From: Trichoplax sp. H2 | Lineage: Eukaryota | Length of the DNA stretch: 50,365 bases | Direction: 5' to 3' | Assembly: GCA_003344405.1 (NCBI GenBank) | Contig: NOWV01000010.1 | Span: 1,054,001 to 1,104,365 of the forward strand | Part shown: positions 30,501 through 42,200 of the stretch, piece after piece | How the letters are laid out: each line of letters begins with the position of its first letter | Numbering within the stretch: position 1 is the first letter of the stretch | Position numbers and translations under genes: made by a program | Notes under the pieces: generated by a model | The model's input: the letters and a program-made list of their open reading frames with translations, nothing else | The model's database searches: none | What the model was told of the DNA's origin: nothing

Positions 30501-32689
30501 CATCGAGTTAAGATCTTAGAACTGTATATTTATTAAATTCTATCTGTTTGTACTTATTAGAGCGAAATATAGCTAAATTAATTGGTATATACAGTAAATT
30601 TATGATATCTCTTTAATTTAGGTCTATCTAAAAAGTATTTTACTGCATGGAAAGTAATGGCTTCAGCAAAAGAGAGCCAAGAAGAAAAAGAAGAGGAAGA
30701 GAGCCCGAAACAAGACGAAAATGAGCAGAAAAAAGAAACAGATGAACCCAAAGGAAAGGTATACAAGTAGAATTATTAAGCAATCATTTCCATTGGAAAA
30801 TATTGGTTCATGATAAAAGATTTTTGGTTATTCTTCATATTCGGGAAAGAACAAAGTACTGCACAGTGCATCATCACTATATTTAGCTAACGATAGATGG
30901 TGAATCCTGTAGCCAAATTAAACACTGATGTCATAAATGAGAGCTGATAGAATTAGTCATGTAAGAAAAATTTTCATTTGATCACTTGAAGAAGACCGAA
31001 AAAGAATCAACTATATCTAGTGATCTTGATCTATTTATTATAACCTATGAACTATCAATTATTTAGAAATGGCTATGCAATATTGCCAACTGATTTTTTA
31101 ATTTACATAATATGAGTCAATGATATATTCGTATGGCTATCCATACGGGATAAGTTGTATAAATTAAAAGACAGATTATAGAGTCACGAAGCAGTAATTT
31201 ATTGACGAGCAACTTCGCTTATTATTATTTATAGACTAAGTTAATCATCGTAAATAAAACTGATACCATCTATTATCTTTGGCTGATTTAGGATAGTGAT
31301 GAACCTGAAGATAAGGACAAAGTCCTAAAGAAATCGATAGCAATGTTACTGGGTGGATTATTACTGGTAGCTAGCTCTATATTTAAAGCTAAAGATTTAA
31401 TTTGTTAATTTGCGCTTGCTTTTTTAGTAGTTAATTAGCAATCAAGTTTATCAATAAGTTAACTAAAAGAAGTAGTTTTAGATGCAATTGTAGTTTTATC
31501 CAAGTTTTAATTCATCAATACTAATTATTGGATAATAAATAATTAATTATATGTAATCAAATAATTTTGATGGTCAATAATTTTAGATATTAAATGGAGT
31601 TGTTTCAAAGCGCTGCTCTGATTTTGTTACTTACTAATGATTTTAGGTAATTAATATAATAAAATTTAGAATTTTATACTTTTCTGTCATACAGGTAACG
31701 TTTTTCTCAGATCCGATGTGTAATGCTGTTGTAGCATTAACTAACCCATATAATGAGAACTACATTCCAATTTCCGGTAAGCAAAGTTATCATTACTATT
31801 AATTAGTATAAAAACGACATATAACTTGATTCTTACACAACAAGGGAGCTCTAGTTATTCCAATACTAGTGCTAATATCGATTAAATATCAAATTTAAAT
31901 AGTGCGATATTAATTTTGACATCTTGTTCTATTACATAATTATTTAAAATTTCAATCCGGAAAACTAGCCTTTTATATCTCGTTTGTGGTCAATCCAATT
32001 TGCTCCAATGCATCTGAATTAATTTCTTCTTTGCAATTTGCTGCTAAAAGAAAGCGATTAAATATAACCGTAACATACAGCCAGGTTACACTACTATTTT
32101 CGTATTCAGTTATTTCTATAATTACTATCATTAAAGAATTTTATTAAGTTAGCTTATGTTGATAGTTATTTTGCGTCGATTTGTTTTAGCTATATGGAGC
32201 AGCTACAATGAATAATACGTTATGCCTGGCTGTATTTACTGGATTAGTATTTTTCCGAGGTTTACAATGGGAATCATCCGCAGGTTAGTCTTAAGCATTC
32301 AAAATTTTGACTGCTATTTAACAGCTTTTTCTCTATTTCTTAAATTCCATAGTGGTGTCTAGACGACTAATTTGACTATCATCTATTTATTTTAATCAAA
32401 TTATCGCAGAGGTATTGGTGATATTAATAGTTGTATGGTTTGTAGCAATATTTGGATATAGGGAAACTTATAAGGTAAAGATAAGGGAATAAAACAAAAA
32501 AATAGTTATATTTAAAAAAAATTAGTATCAATGAAATTGACAGATGATGTCTTTAAGTTGATTTGTCTGATTAAATTTAACTTCATGTTATTTCCATAGG
32601 TATGGATGGGCTTTCCGATCGCCGTCATGTACATTTTCTCTATTGTCTTAGTAGCAATTTTGCAAAGTCCACTAGTTGGTTGGAAGTAA
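27598..32689 (+). CDS. Ca2+/cation antiporter (CaCA) superfamily member of the NCL/EF-CAX type, with no recognisable EF-hands; 17 coding exons
   Basis: Signal peptide MAASRTINSWVFLIIALSFLV (27598-27744), then CYQMRHSWFPC, GNLILMVFYG, the alpha-1 region GAELLL..GGLVLPLLGAIPDAVMILVSGL..ISVGMGALAGSTIMLLT..GRCDL, and the alpha-2 region FSDPM..FYISFVVNPICSNASELISS..SQLYGAATMNNTLCLAVFTGLVFFRGLQWESSAEV. Stop TAA at 32687-32689. These motifs closely match plant NCL exchangers as I recall them. Confidence 0.9.
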
Positions 32690-33899
32690 CGCAATTAAGC
32701 TGGCAGTTGCAGTCTGCGATAACAGAAAATGCTTGATAGCATTCAATACATCTTCTATATTTGACAGGCTAAATAGTTTAAATTTTTACTGGCTATTAAT
32801 TAATCTTTACTTTGTAAAGTTAAACGTTATATAGATGAAATAAATATCATTATTATGACCAAACACTATAGAATACAAGAGTAAAAATGCCTTTAAAATC
32901 TTACAGTAAACCATTTTTTTATGAGGAATATTTTAACTATGGTATGATATAGGTGAAACTGAAGCAATTCTAATAGTCGTGTTGATTGATTATGTATGCT
33001 CTACAGAGGTTCGTTATTTAAGCTAGAACATATTCTTAAATTAAATGCTAGAGATATCGATAGACCGAAAAATTTTTAAATATAGTACTTCTTTATAACC
33101 TTATTAATAGTCCAGCTACAATGCTAATTACTTCGGTAATCAGGCTTGTTCATGTATATCTCCAATGTGTACCTACATACATACAATATGTAGCTGCTTT
33201 AGCGAAAATAGACAATTATATTTTCATCTTATGTTCAGAATCAAATTTAGATATTAGTCCACTGTGCTGAAATTGCAAATTGAAGAATTAAGTATTAAAA
33301 ACAACATTCGTTTTCCTGACATATGCAAAGATAATTTCTTTTATAATTTGATAGTCAATTGTTTCTCTATCAATATCTAATGCAGCTATATAAAATGAAT
33401 TTGTTTCAAACTAATCTGCTATATGAAATACACCTTTATAAATTAGATTATTTTACCTTTAGTGTGTTAATAAATGCAAATACAAGAGCAAAGATGTCGT
33501 TAAATTACTGTGTTTTATAGTAATCACTTGAATGCCTTTATTTCGTTCGTGTACTCACATATGGTTACATGAATCAGTTGGTATGACGGATCTTAGCAAT
33601 TTTCGTATAGTTATTTTATTCTAGGAATTAGACAGTACAGCATAAATCGCATGCAAATGCGGTTTTGCAATTTTAGAAATTTAAAATGTATCACAATTCA
33701 TGCAATTAAATAAATTGATGATTCATCGAATTAGCCTAATTTAGAATTAAATGATAGCGAAAAGAGGAAATAATACAGTATTATAGCTGTGACGGATATA
33801 ACTACACTACCCGTAGAATCCTATTTAATTAATCGATAACATAATCGTAAATTAGGTTGCCCTAATCAGTTATCTGCTAGTCTGCAATAAGGCATAGAA

Positions 33900-34345
33900 A
33901 AGAATTTAGAAATTGCCCGCAATATAACCTGATATACAGTCTAATACAGTGCTCAGCTATCACTAGTCAAAATTCTTAAAGTACATGCAAATCGTTCGTG
34001 TACTGTAGATAATGAGTAACTTGTCAAGATTATAATTATGCTTTAGTAAAAGCGTTAGGAATAAAAGTTCGCCGCAATGTAACCTGATATGCTGTACAGT
34101 ATAGTACTCAAAATTTTTAAAATACATGCAAATCATTGGTCTACTGTGAATATGAGTAACTTTTAAGGATTACAATTATGCGTTAGTTAAGGGGTTAGGA
34201 ATAAAAATTAGCCATAATGTAACCTGATATAGTGTATGCGTATAACGTAGTACTCAAAATTTTAAAAATATATGCAAATCATTCGTCTACTGTAGATATG
34301 AGTAGCTTTATCAAGATTACCATTATATCTTAGTTATGGCGTTGG
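33900..34345. repeat. Tandem repeat of three diverged copies of a ~140-155 bp unit
   Basis: GCC..AAT.TAACCTGATAT...CAAAATT.TTAAA.TA.ATGCAAATC.TT.GT.TACTGT...ATGAGTA.CTT..AAGATTA..ATTAT recurs near 33915, 34070 and 34211. Confidence 0.9.
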
Positions 34346-34739
34346 GCCCATTTACGACGTGTAGATTTTAGTTTTAGACTAATTATCAATTTTTATATAG
34401 TGCTGGAGTAGTTTTTACTGCCACAATCACTACAGACTTAACAGATTTTCTTTTTTATTTATAATGGCGCAAGTTAGCTAATTCTTATAAATTACAGCAG
34501 TTTGTAATCCATAGGTTTGCAGATTACAAATGTAACAACGTCAAAACACCACAACCTAAACGTACAATAAAGCTATTCAATTTTTTTTAAAAACTGTTAC
34601 AAGTTTTCAGCATTTGACGGATAATCACTTTCAAGCAGGTTGGTTAAAGCTTCATATAATAGAATGTAGCCTGCATAAAACTATAGCAATCATATAAATG
34701 AATGCATTTAAATGAATTGATCTATTTTCTTCCTTTGCA

Positions 34740-36680
34740 TTACTTTGCCTCAACCAATTTCCACCAATGGCCACAATCACATTGTTGCGGATTACCTTTC
34801 TTTAAAGTCATATAGATAATTTGAGTTGCTTCCGGCTCACCTTATCGTTTGCAAAGAGTAAAGTATTAATGAACAATGTGTACTATCATCAGAGCAAGTA
34901 AAAGCTATTTACACGATTTCACCATAAGGTATGAAATAGAAAAAGTAAGCAGTGATATACATTTCTATACAGAAAAGTCTATTTTTCTAGATTGATTCAC
35001 ATTTACAAGGCAACCATCTATTAATAGAAGATAATGAGTGGATTGGAGCTGAATAAAAGCATTCCTTGAGTATTTTTTTTATATATTTATAGATGGCATT
35101 GACATATATATATATTTGTACATTGTTTAAATTAGCTCTTTCTAGCTTACTACTGTAGGATAGTCAATAGCCGTAAAGGTAATTGTGCAGTCGCTATCGA
35201 TATCGGGGTAACAGTTATGGAATAAACACTGGATACTTACAAACGCAACCCAATATCCTTTCATCGAAATGAGAAGGGACCCCGCGTGGGTTTACTGCAG
35301 TTCCCCATGGACCTTCGTGAAAGCTCATATCAAAGGGATCCTAAAAGATCAATTTTACAGTTATTGTTAGGCAGCAGTTGATATTAAAATCTTATTGTAG
35401 TACACTAAGGTTTCCATAAAATAGTAGCGTACAGCCCTAGAACAGAGCCAGTAGAAACCGTTCAATAGTTATAAATAGAAACTGTAGAAATTGTTAGGAA
35501 GAGAATTATAGCAGGAAGAATAGAAAAACTTTATCATGATGAGGATACATAAGCTATCACTTCGGCATGCTAATTTTTATGGCTATTACTAGTTCATAGC
35601 ATGATAGTAACGATTGGATTTTGCTTTATTCAAGGGTCTACAACATTGAATATAATTTCCTACTGTATGCTACATTCAAGCTTGAATGATATTTAGGGGA
35701 AATGGAAGATTATTCTTTCAGTGCTGAGGAGAAGATTGCGATGGCCATTTCTATATACATTCAATCATGTATAATGGTGAAATGGCCGTTTACATCTTGA
35801 TAATGGCGAATCACTATACAAACGATATAAACTCTGGTTGAAGCGACAATAAAGTCCAAAGTATTAAACTAGTTGCTGCATAACTGTTAATGTATCGATG
35901 CTGGCATAAAATGTGATATTACTGCTATGAATATTATATGTACAATAGTACTAAAAATCCTATAGATCGTCATGATGTCTGCCTATTCTGTTCAAAGTGA
36001 TTTTTGTACGCGGCGAAAAATGGAATCTAGAATTATGCAATTACTAAGTACGCGTACATAGGTTATAAAGAGAATGTCGATGACTGCTCGGTAGGAACAT
36101 TGAAGCTTATTCCTTTGATTATCGTTTAATAAATTAAGCGTTTGTTTTCATGACTTACAGTGTTACCAGTCATCATAGCGTCATGTTCAAATTTTTCTTT
36201 ACCGGTTGCTTGCTCACTAGCGCTAGGGATTCGGCCAGTGACGCCAACATCTGAAGCTACAATTGGAAAAAAGGAAAATGCCCATCTGTGAGCTACCAGA
36301 ACAAATCCTACATCATTATATACAGACTAGACTAATGTCGTAAAATGGAATTATTTGGGTATAAGACCATTGAAAAGTATTTATTTTAGTGTAGAGGAAG
36401 AGAAGTGGTATACAGAAAAAGTCTTGAGCACATAGTGCGCTTTGATGCACAAGCATACTAAACATCCACATGCAAAAACACCCGAAAAGTTGGTACATAT
36501 GTAATATGAAAATGTTATGTCATCCAAGCTTCAATTTATGAGTATGATAGGTTCAAATATTTAGTTATAGTTACATTGCGTTGTTTCATGACGAACTCCG
36601 TTGATTAAAGCTCGTGAGACAGTAGGATTAAAAATGCAACGGTAGAAACTCGGCAGTGACAATCGAGTCAGAGAAGCCAT
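34740..36680 (-). CDS. COX5B: Cytochrome c oxidase subunit 5B; 4 exons (36680-36575, 36256-36159, 35340-35241, 34840-34740)
   Basis: Transit-peptide-like MASLTRLSLPSFYRCIFNPTVSRALINGVR, followed by IPSASEQATG, DPFD, GTAVNPRGVPSHFDERILGCVCEPE and the Zn-binding region GNPQQCDCGHWWKLV. Intron phases are consistent. Confidence 0.95.
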
Positions 36681-36717
36681 TTTTCTTTAGCAGCGATGGA
36701 AGAGTTGACCGTTTTTT

Positions 36718-36729
36718 TGCGCATGCGTA
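36718..36729. promoter_or_regulatory. NRF-1-like palindromic site 38 bp upstream of the COX5B ATG
   Basis: TGCGCATGCGTA is an 11/12 match to the NRF-1 consensus TGCGCATGCGCA, in an otherwise AT-rich window. Confidence 0.6.
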
Positions 36730-36839
36730 CCAGAAGGAGCACGGACAATCACTAGCAGCAGTGCCCAACCCCGGTACTCGTCCCCGGGCTTGAGCACTGG
36801 CCTAACTCTACTGTGGTCGGATCCCATCGAGGTCAAACG

Positions 36840-37715
36840 ACAGTACTGTAGCCTACAATACTGCTTGTCAATACTGTACACTGTACACTGTACTGTACGA
36901 TGCATGTGTTTGTGTCGCTACAAGTTGAAGTGTATAGCTGCTACAGGGTAGCGGTAGCGGTCACGTTTACAGAGGGAAAGCTGTGTACTATGTACTGTAC
37001 TGCAACCTGGATAGGCTATCAACTGGACTAGTCAGTAGTCCTTCTTCCGTACTCTACTGTCTATATACAGTACAGTATATTATGGAAAATCATAGACCAA
37101 CGCCAAACTACAGTATCAATCTGACTGTGAAGACAGTACTGTTATAATGTACCCTAGTGTACAGTAAGTAAAAAGTGCCTGATGTCTTCAACATCCAGAG
37201 ACCAAATCCAATTTGCTTTTTTTTGTCTTAGTCCCAGGAACATGGACATGACAGTTTGGATTCATACAGTACAATGTACACTATCCACTGTACACTGTAC
37301 TCGAGGTTCTTTTACTGTACTGTACAGTACAGTATACTGTAAACTGCACGAGGCTCTTTTACAGTACAGTACTGTACAGTACTGTACTGTACTGTAAAAC
37401 CTGGAGCTTCCAAGTCCCTTGGAAAAAAAACGTACAGTTTGTCTCCATATGATATACTCTACATGGTGTAGATGCTTTATATTGAACACATGAAGGGAGA
37501 GATTCAATCAGGGGCTTTTGAATCGACTTTTCTCTTACTGTAGAAATGTCAGTATGTTTTTTTCTTAACTCTATCATTGTACCACACGTCTGCAACCGTC
37601 CACTACGATTGTCATCGTAACATGAGTTAGACTTGCAAAGAAAATTTGCAACCAATACTGTACACTGTACTGTACAGTACGGTATCATGAGTAATGTACT
37701 GTGCACTGTACACTC
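36840..37715. repeat. Patchy (TACAG/TACTG)n pentamer arrays upstream of COX5B
   Basis: For example TACAGTACAGTACTGTACAGTACTGTACTGTACTGTA at 37360-37396, with further patches at 36840-36900, 37265-37340 and 37655-37715. Confidence 0.9.
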
Positions 37716-39250
37716 AACGTCGAGCATAGTAACCGTGTCCGCAGCTCGACTCGAAGTCGACTCAGACCTTGGAAATTTCTTGATTGCTCTTGATCACTTA
37801 CAGCTTACATACTTATGCCTTGTACTCGTATACCATCTCTACGCTCTTACAGTAAATGAGTTATCTTTCAATTGCATTAATGCATGTTAAACTTCGTAAC
37901 ACTTTACTGAGAAAAATCACCATCGAAATAACCATGAGCTCATCCAATTTTTCAAATACGTGTACATTTCAATAGGCCAGAGATAGGTTGTTCTTTGAAC
38001 TGCTCATTGCGAGTGGTTATAACGAAATGAAATACTGTCTTCATTTTTCCTAGGATGCTAATCAATTCTTATTAAGGAAGCGTTTACTACTGTACAATGC
38101 AAATGCTGCTTCCCAATGAGATAGATGAATAAGGAAGGATTGAATACCGTAGTAATGATATCAACACGCTTCTGTACTATTGATTCAAGTAGCCACAGTA
38201 AACACTTGAAGTATGATGGATGACTGCTGTAACTCTTATATCTGCTAATAGATCCCTTGCTCGTTGTAGTGGGTGTACTATACTGTACTTGTACTTTTCA
38301 CTGTATTATTTATCGTTGACTCCTAATAATTAATTATCCCTGAATTTCCTATCATACTTTTCTACGCCATTGCAAGTTTAAACAGTTCTTTGTTTCTTTA
38401 CTCTCGTGAAGTAATATTACCATGTATCGACATGCATTTACAATAACTATGTCGTTATTAATTCTAAGAAAGTCTTTCCCTTCTACTATTAATTCTAAAA
38501 ACGTGCATCCTACTAAGCATTACCAGTTCTTCAATGACAACATATAAAATGATGAGTGAGTTTTGCCGAAACGACAATGACTCAACGTTCTTACGCAATT
38601 GGTCAAACCATCCAATTAAGTAAAGGCAGAGGCAGAATTTAATGATTCAATTCATCTGCATTTTCGTACTAGTCACACAATAGCTATAAATGATTATTGT
38701 GTTAAGAACCTTAGGCTAATGTACTTTATTGCCGAAACAAAAGTATTTATCTAGATGAGGAAAAACAAATAAATACTTGCCTTGAGCAACTATCGGCATT
38801 TTCATGCTGTGTAAAATACGACTGTGAACAAACGGTACCGTAGTTACTGATGCTTAAAACACATCACAAGCAAATCATTATACACCTATTTTGTCACTAC
38901 TCTTAGCAATCCAAGTTATAACTACATCATAGAGCATTAACTATTCCTAAATATATGTCAAATCGATGTACTAGGCAGCATTTGAATACATGAATATACG
39001 TGGCTGTACTATATACTCCCTTACGAGTTTTCGCACTGCTACAATATAAACCAATAATGTAATATCTAGCCATTTTTAAAAGTACGATAATTAAAAATTA
39101 AGATAATTAGGCAAGAACGATGAATACCAGGTCAAACCAGAACGTACGATCTTTATATTCTGTTAAAGAAAATTATTTTATTTTTTAGAATATTACCATA
39201 CAGCACTAAATAAAATAAGTTATATCGTAAGCGTACCAATAATATAACTT

Positions 39251-42200
39251 TTAATCTTCCTGATGGTCATGATCTTCCTCTTGGACACTGGCAGTCGTTA
39301 CTGACATGTCAGGTGGGCCTTCGTCGTCATCTTCGTGAGCCTAAACGCACAACGGAAAATTGTTAGGACCTTCCATGTTAGAAGTTAGTATAACATCTAT
39401 TACAAAATCTATTTAACCGCAGCTTCTTCCTCTTTGTTCTGTTCCTCACGTTCTTCTTCTTCTTCTTCTTTTTTGTCGTCTTCTGGAGTTTCGCTATAAA
39501 TATAACAGTAGTGATTAAGCATTTGCAATAGCCAGATCATAAGAAAATTTTTAGAATTACTTACTCCTCTGCCGCTGGTGCTTCTTCGTTTGGAGTGTCT
39601 TCGTTAGCATCTGAGTCACGTTTCTCTTCAGCCTCCTCTCTATCAGAGTGCTCTTCAGCTTCATGCTCATCAGCTGGTTGTTCTAGGATATTATAAATTC
39701 GCAGATTGTTAGAAAGGTAAAAATTTAGACATTTCTAAAAAGTTAATACCTACCTTCTCTGTTTTCAGGTTCTTCCGGTTCTTCCTCCTTAGGTGGAACG
39801 CCTAACGCATATACAGTTATTTTATTAGCAACAATTTATAAACATTTACTGACTAGGGATATTTGTCTTACCTCCAATGCGTGGTGGTGAAGACAACCTT
39901 TTACTAGAAGTTCTGTTAAACTCAGGTGGAGGTCGGTTGATATCATTAGCATTCTTAGCTTGATGTTGAGTACGACCACTATTTAGAACAAACAGTATAG
40001 AGAAGATGCATTAAGAATAACGATGACTAATATTTTTTTATTGTACTGCATTCGATGATGATTGAACCTATATCGGAATTTGGATCCAAAGCGGAGGAAA
40101 GACTTCTTTACTGGCTTCTCTGGAGTTAGCAATCTATTTCGTAAACAGAACGCGAACAAAGTGTACTGTAAATTATCACAACTACCTTAGTTGCATAATT
40201 ACTGCATATACCGTATTGCAATTATATCACTACAAAAAGTAATTTAAATGGTACGTTTAATTAATTACCTAAAGAAGGCGTGATTTTCTATACAGACTTT
40301 CCACAGTCTTTTAGCTTCGGTAACAGATGCAAGGCGGAATCCAATCTTCTTTTCATAATTTTCATTCTGTAAGATTGCAATTACGTTACCACAATCTTAT
40401 CACAATATCTACAAAAGGTTTCAAAACGACCATACCTGTGCAGGGCGTACTTTAATGTAGAACTTCTTTTTCTTGTACAAGATTTGCAAGATTTGAGGCC
40501 TTTTAATTATGAAATATGTTAGATCGAAGCGGATTTATGTAGCTGTAAGATATAAAGTTAATTTTTATAATTACCATGCAAATCGGTTGATTCGCAGTTG
40601 ATCACGGTAGACGTATAATCCATTAGCAGAAACGCCAATTTCGATCTTTACAGCCTCGTTGTCCTGAAGGGCGAAGCCAAACATTTATTAACTCAGACGT
40701 AATTTATGCAGTGCGAATGAATAATTCAACGCAAAAATACTTACAAAGGCAAAGTATTTTTCAACACCATAAAGTGCCAATTTTTTAGAATTTTCTAAGA
40801 AATGAGCTTCAGCGTCAGCGGGCGTTTGTCCTCTACACGAATTTAAATTATTCGGTATTTTATTAGCAATACAGTATTTTCGGGATTTGATAACATCAAA
40901 TGGTACATACTCTATTTCTTTGTGATATTCCATTACTCTTTGTTCCAATTCTTCAGACTGATAAAAGGAGAATATATGGAATTCAGTGATGTACTAAATC
41001 ATATCTACATTAATGGGTAGTCTTACCTGCACATCATCTGGAGCAACTTGGAATTCACTAACGTAATTGCCAATACAAGTTTCTGGATCGTAATCACCAA
41101 TCTCAGCTAATTTTTGGAAGAAGAAGCATAGAAATAGTTAGTTATGCGGGATTACATTGCTAAAGCACTCCATACGGACGTAGTTAAAATTTTGACCCTA
41201 CCTTGAACTGTATAGGCACCTAGCAATGCGTAAGTGTTAAATGAGCAAGGCAACCTTTAAAAGGGTATAAAAAATATATTTTAACAATCAATATATCAAA
41301 TATAAATTACAACAAAGTTAGGCTTCAGTCATTGCTACGAACTTTCCAGACATGAGATCTTTTCTGACTTGTAAGACAAAGAAGTATCTGAAATCAAAAA
41401 TTTAACTTGTTAAAAATATGGACATTCAGATTGCTAAAACGACCCTTAACTAATGTACCTTGTTATATCCTCATGTAACTGGCTTGGGTTGTTACTGTAA
41501 AACTTTACGCCAAAGTAGAAGTTTGGTTCATTTCCTATCAGAAACAAAACAAAATTATAACATCAAATAAGGACTCACAACAAGTACGGCTGTCCTAGGT
41601 TACGCAGATTTGAAAGGTAATCGTTCCAATCGAACACATTGAAAATAAACTAACAAATCCTTATCTTACCTTTCAATTGGCGTTTTATCGACTTCAAAGG
41701 ATATATCCAGTTCTATACATTGTATTAAATAGAGTGCGATTTAAATATATAAAATATTAATTAAAATCATCACGACATTTGGCTACGTCGATAATATGTA
41801 AATTTAATATTATAAAGAAAGATATGTAGTTTCTTATATGATCGAAAAACTAAAGTTGAAAGATATTTTTTATAAGCTGATACTGTAAAAGAATTCTGTG
41901 CTATTTACAAGTATTCGCTGAAATAAACAGAACAGCACAGCAGATATTATCCTCAGTACGAGAACTTGTATGGTACCTTGTTGTTTGCAGCATCCAAGAA
42001 ATAAACGCCAAAGTAATCCTTCTCTTCAAGGTTTAATTGCTGAGATACCTTGTCAAACAGCACATTACCTTTGGCTTTTAACTACAAATATAAAAAGTTT
42101 TTTACGATCAAGAATTCGAAAACTTTAGAGACAAGCAAGAAAATTAGAATAATCCTGGAATACTAAAGCAATCTGATGTGCATAAGAACAGGCACTGCTG

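Noticed and set aside
36730-36827. Alternative COX5B first exon MGSDHSRVRPVLKPGDEY... with a GT donor
   Set aside because: The 36680-36575 exon gives a much better mitochondrial transit peptide in the correct phase, and this stretch is better explained as a promoter or hairpin.
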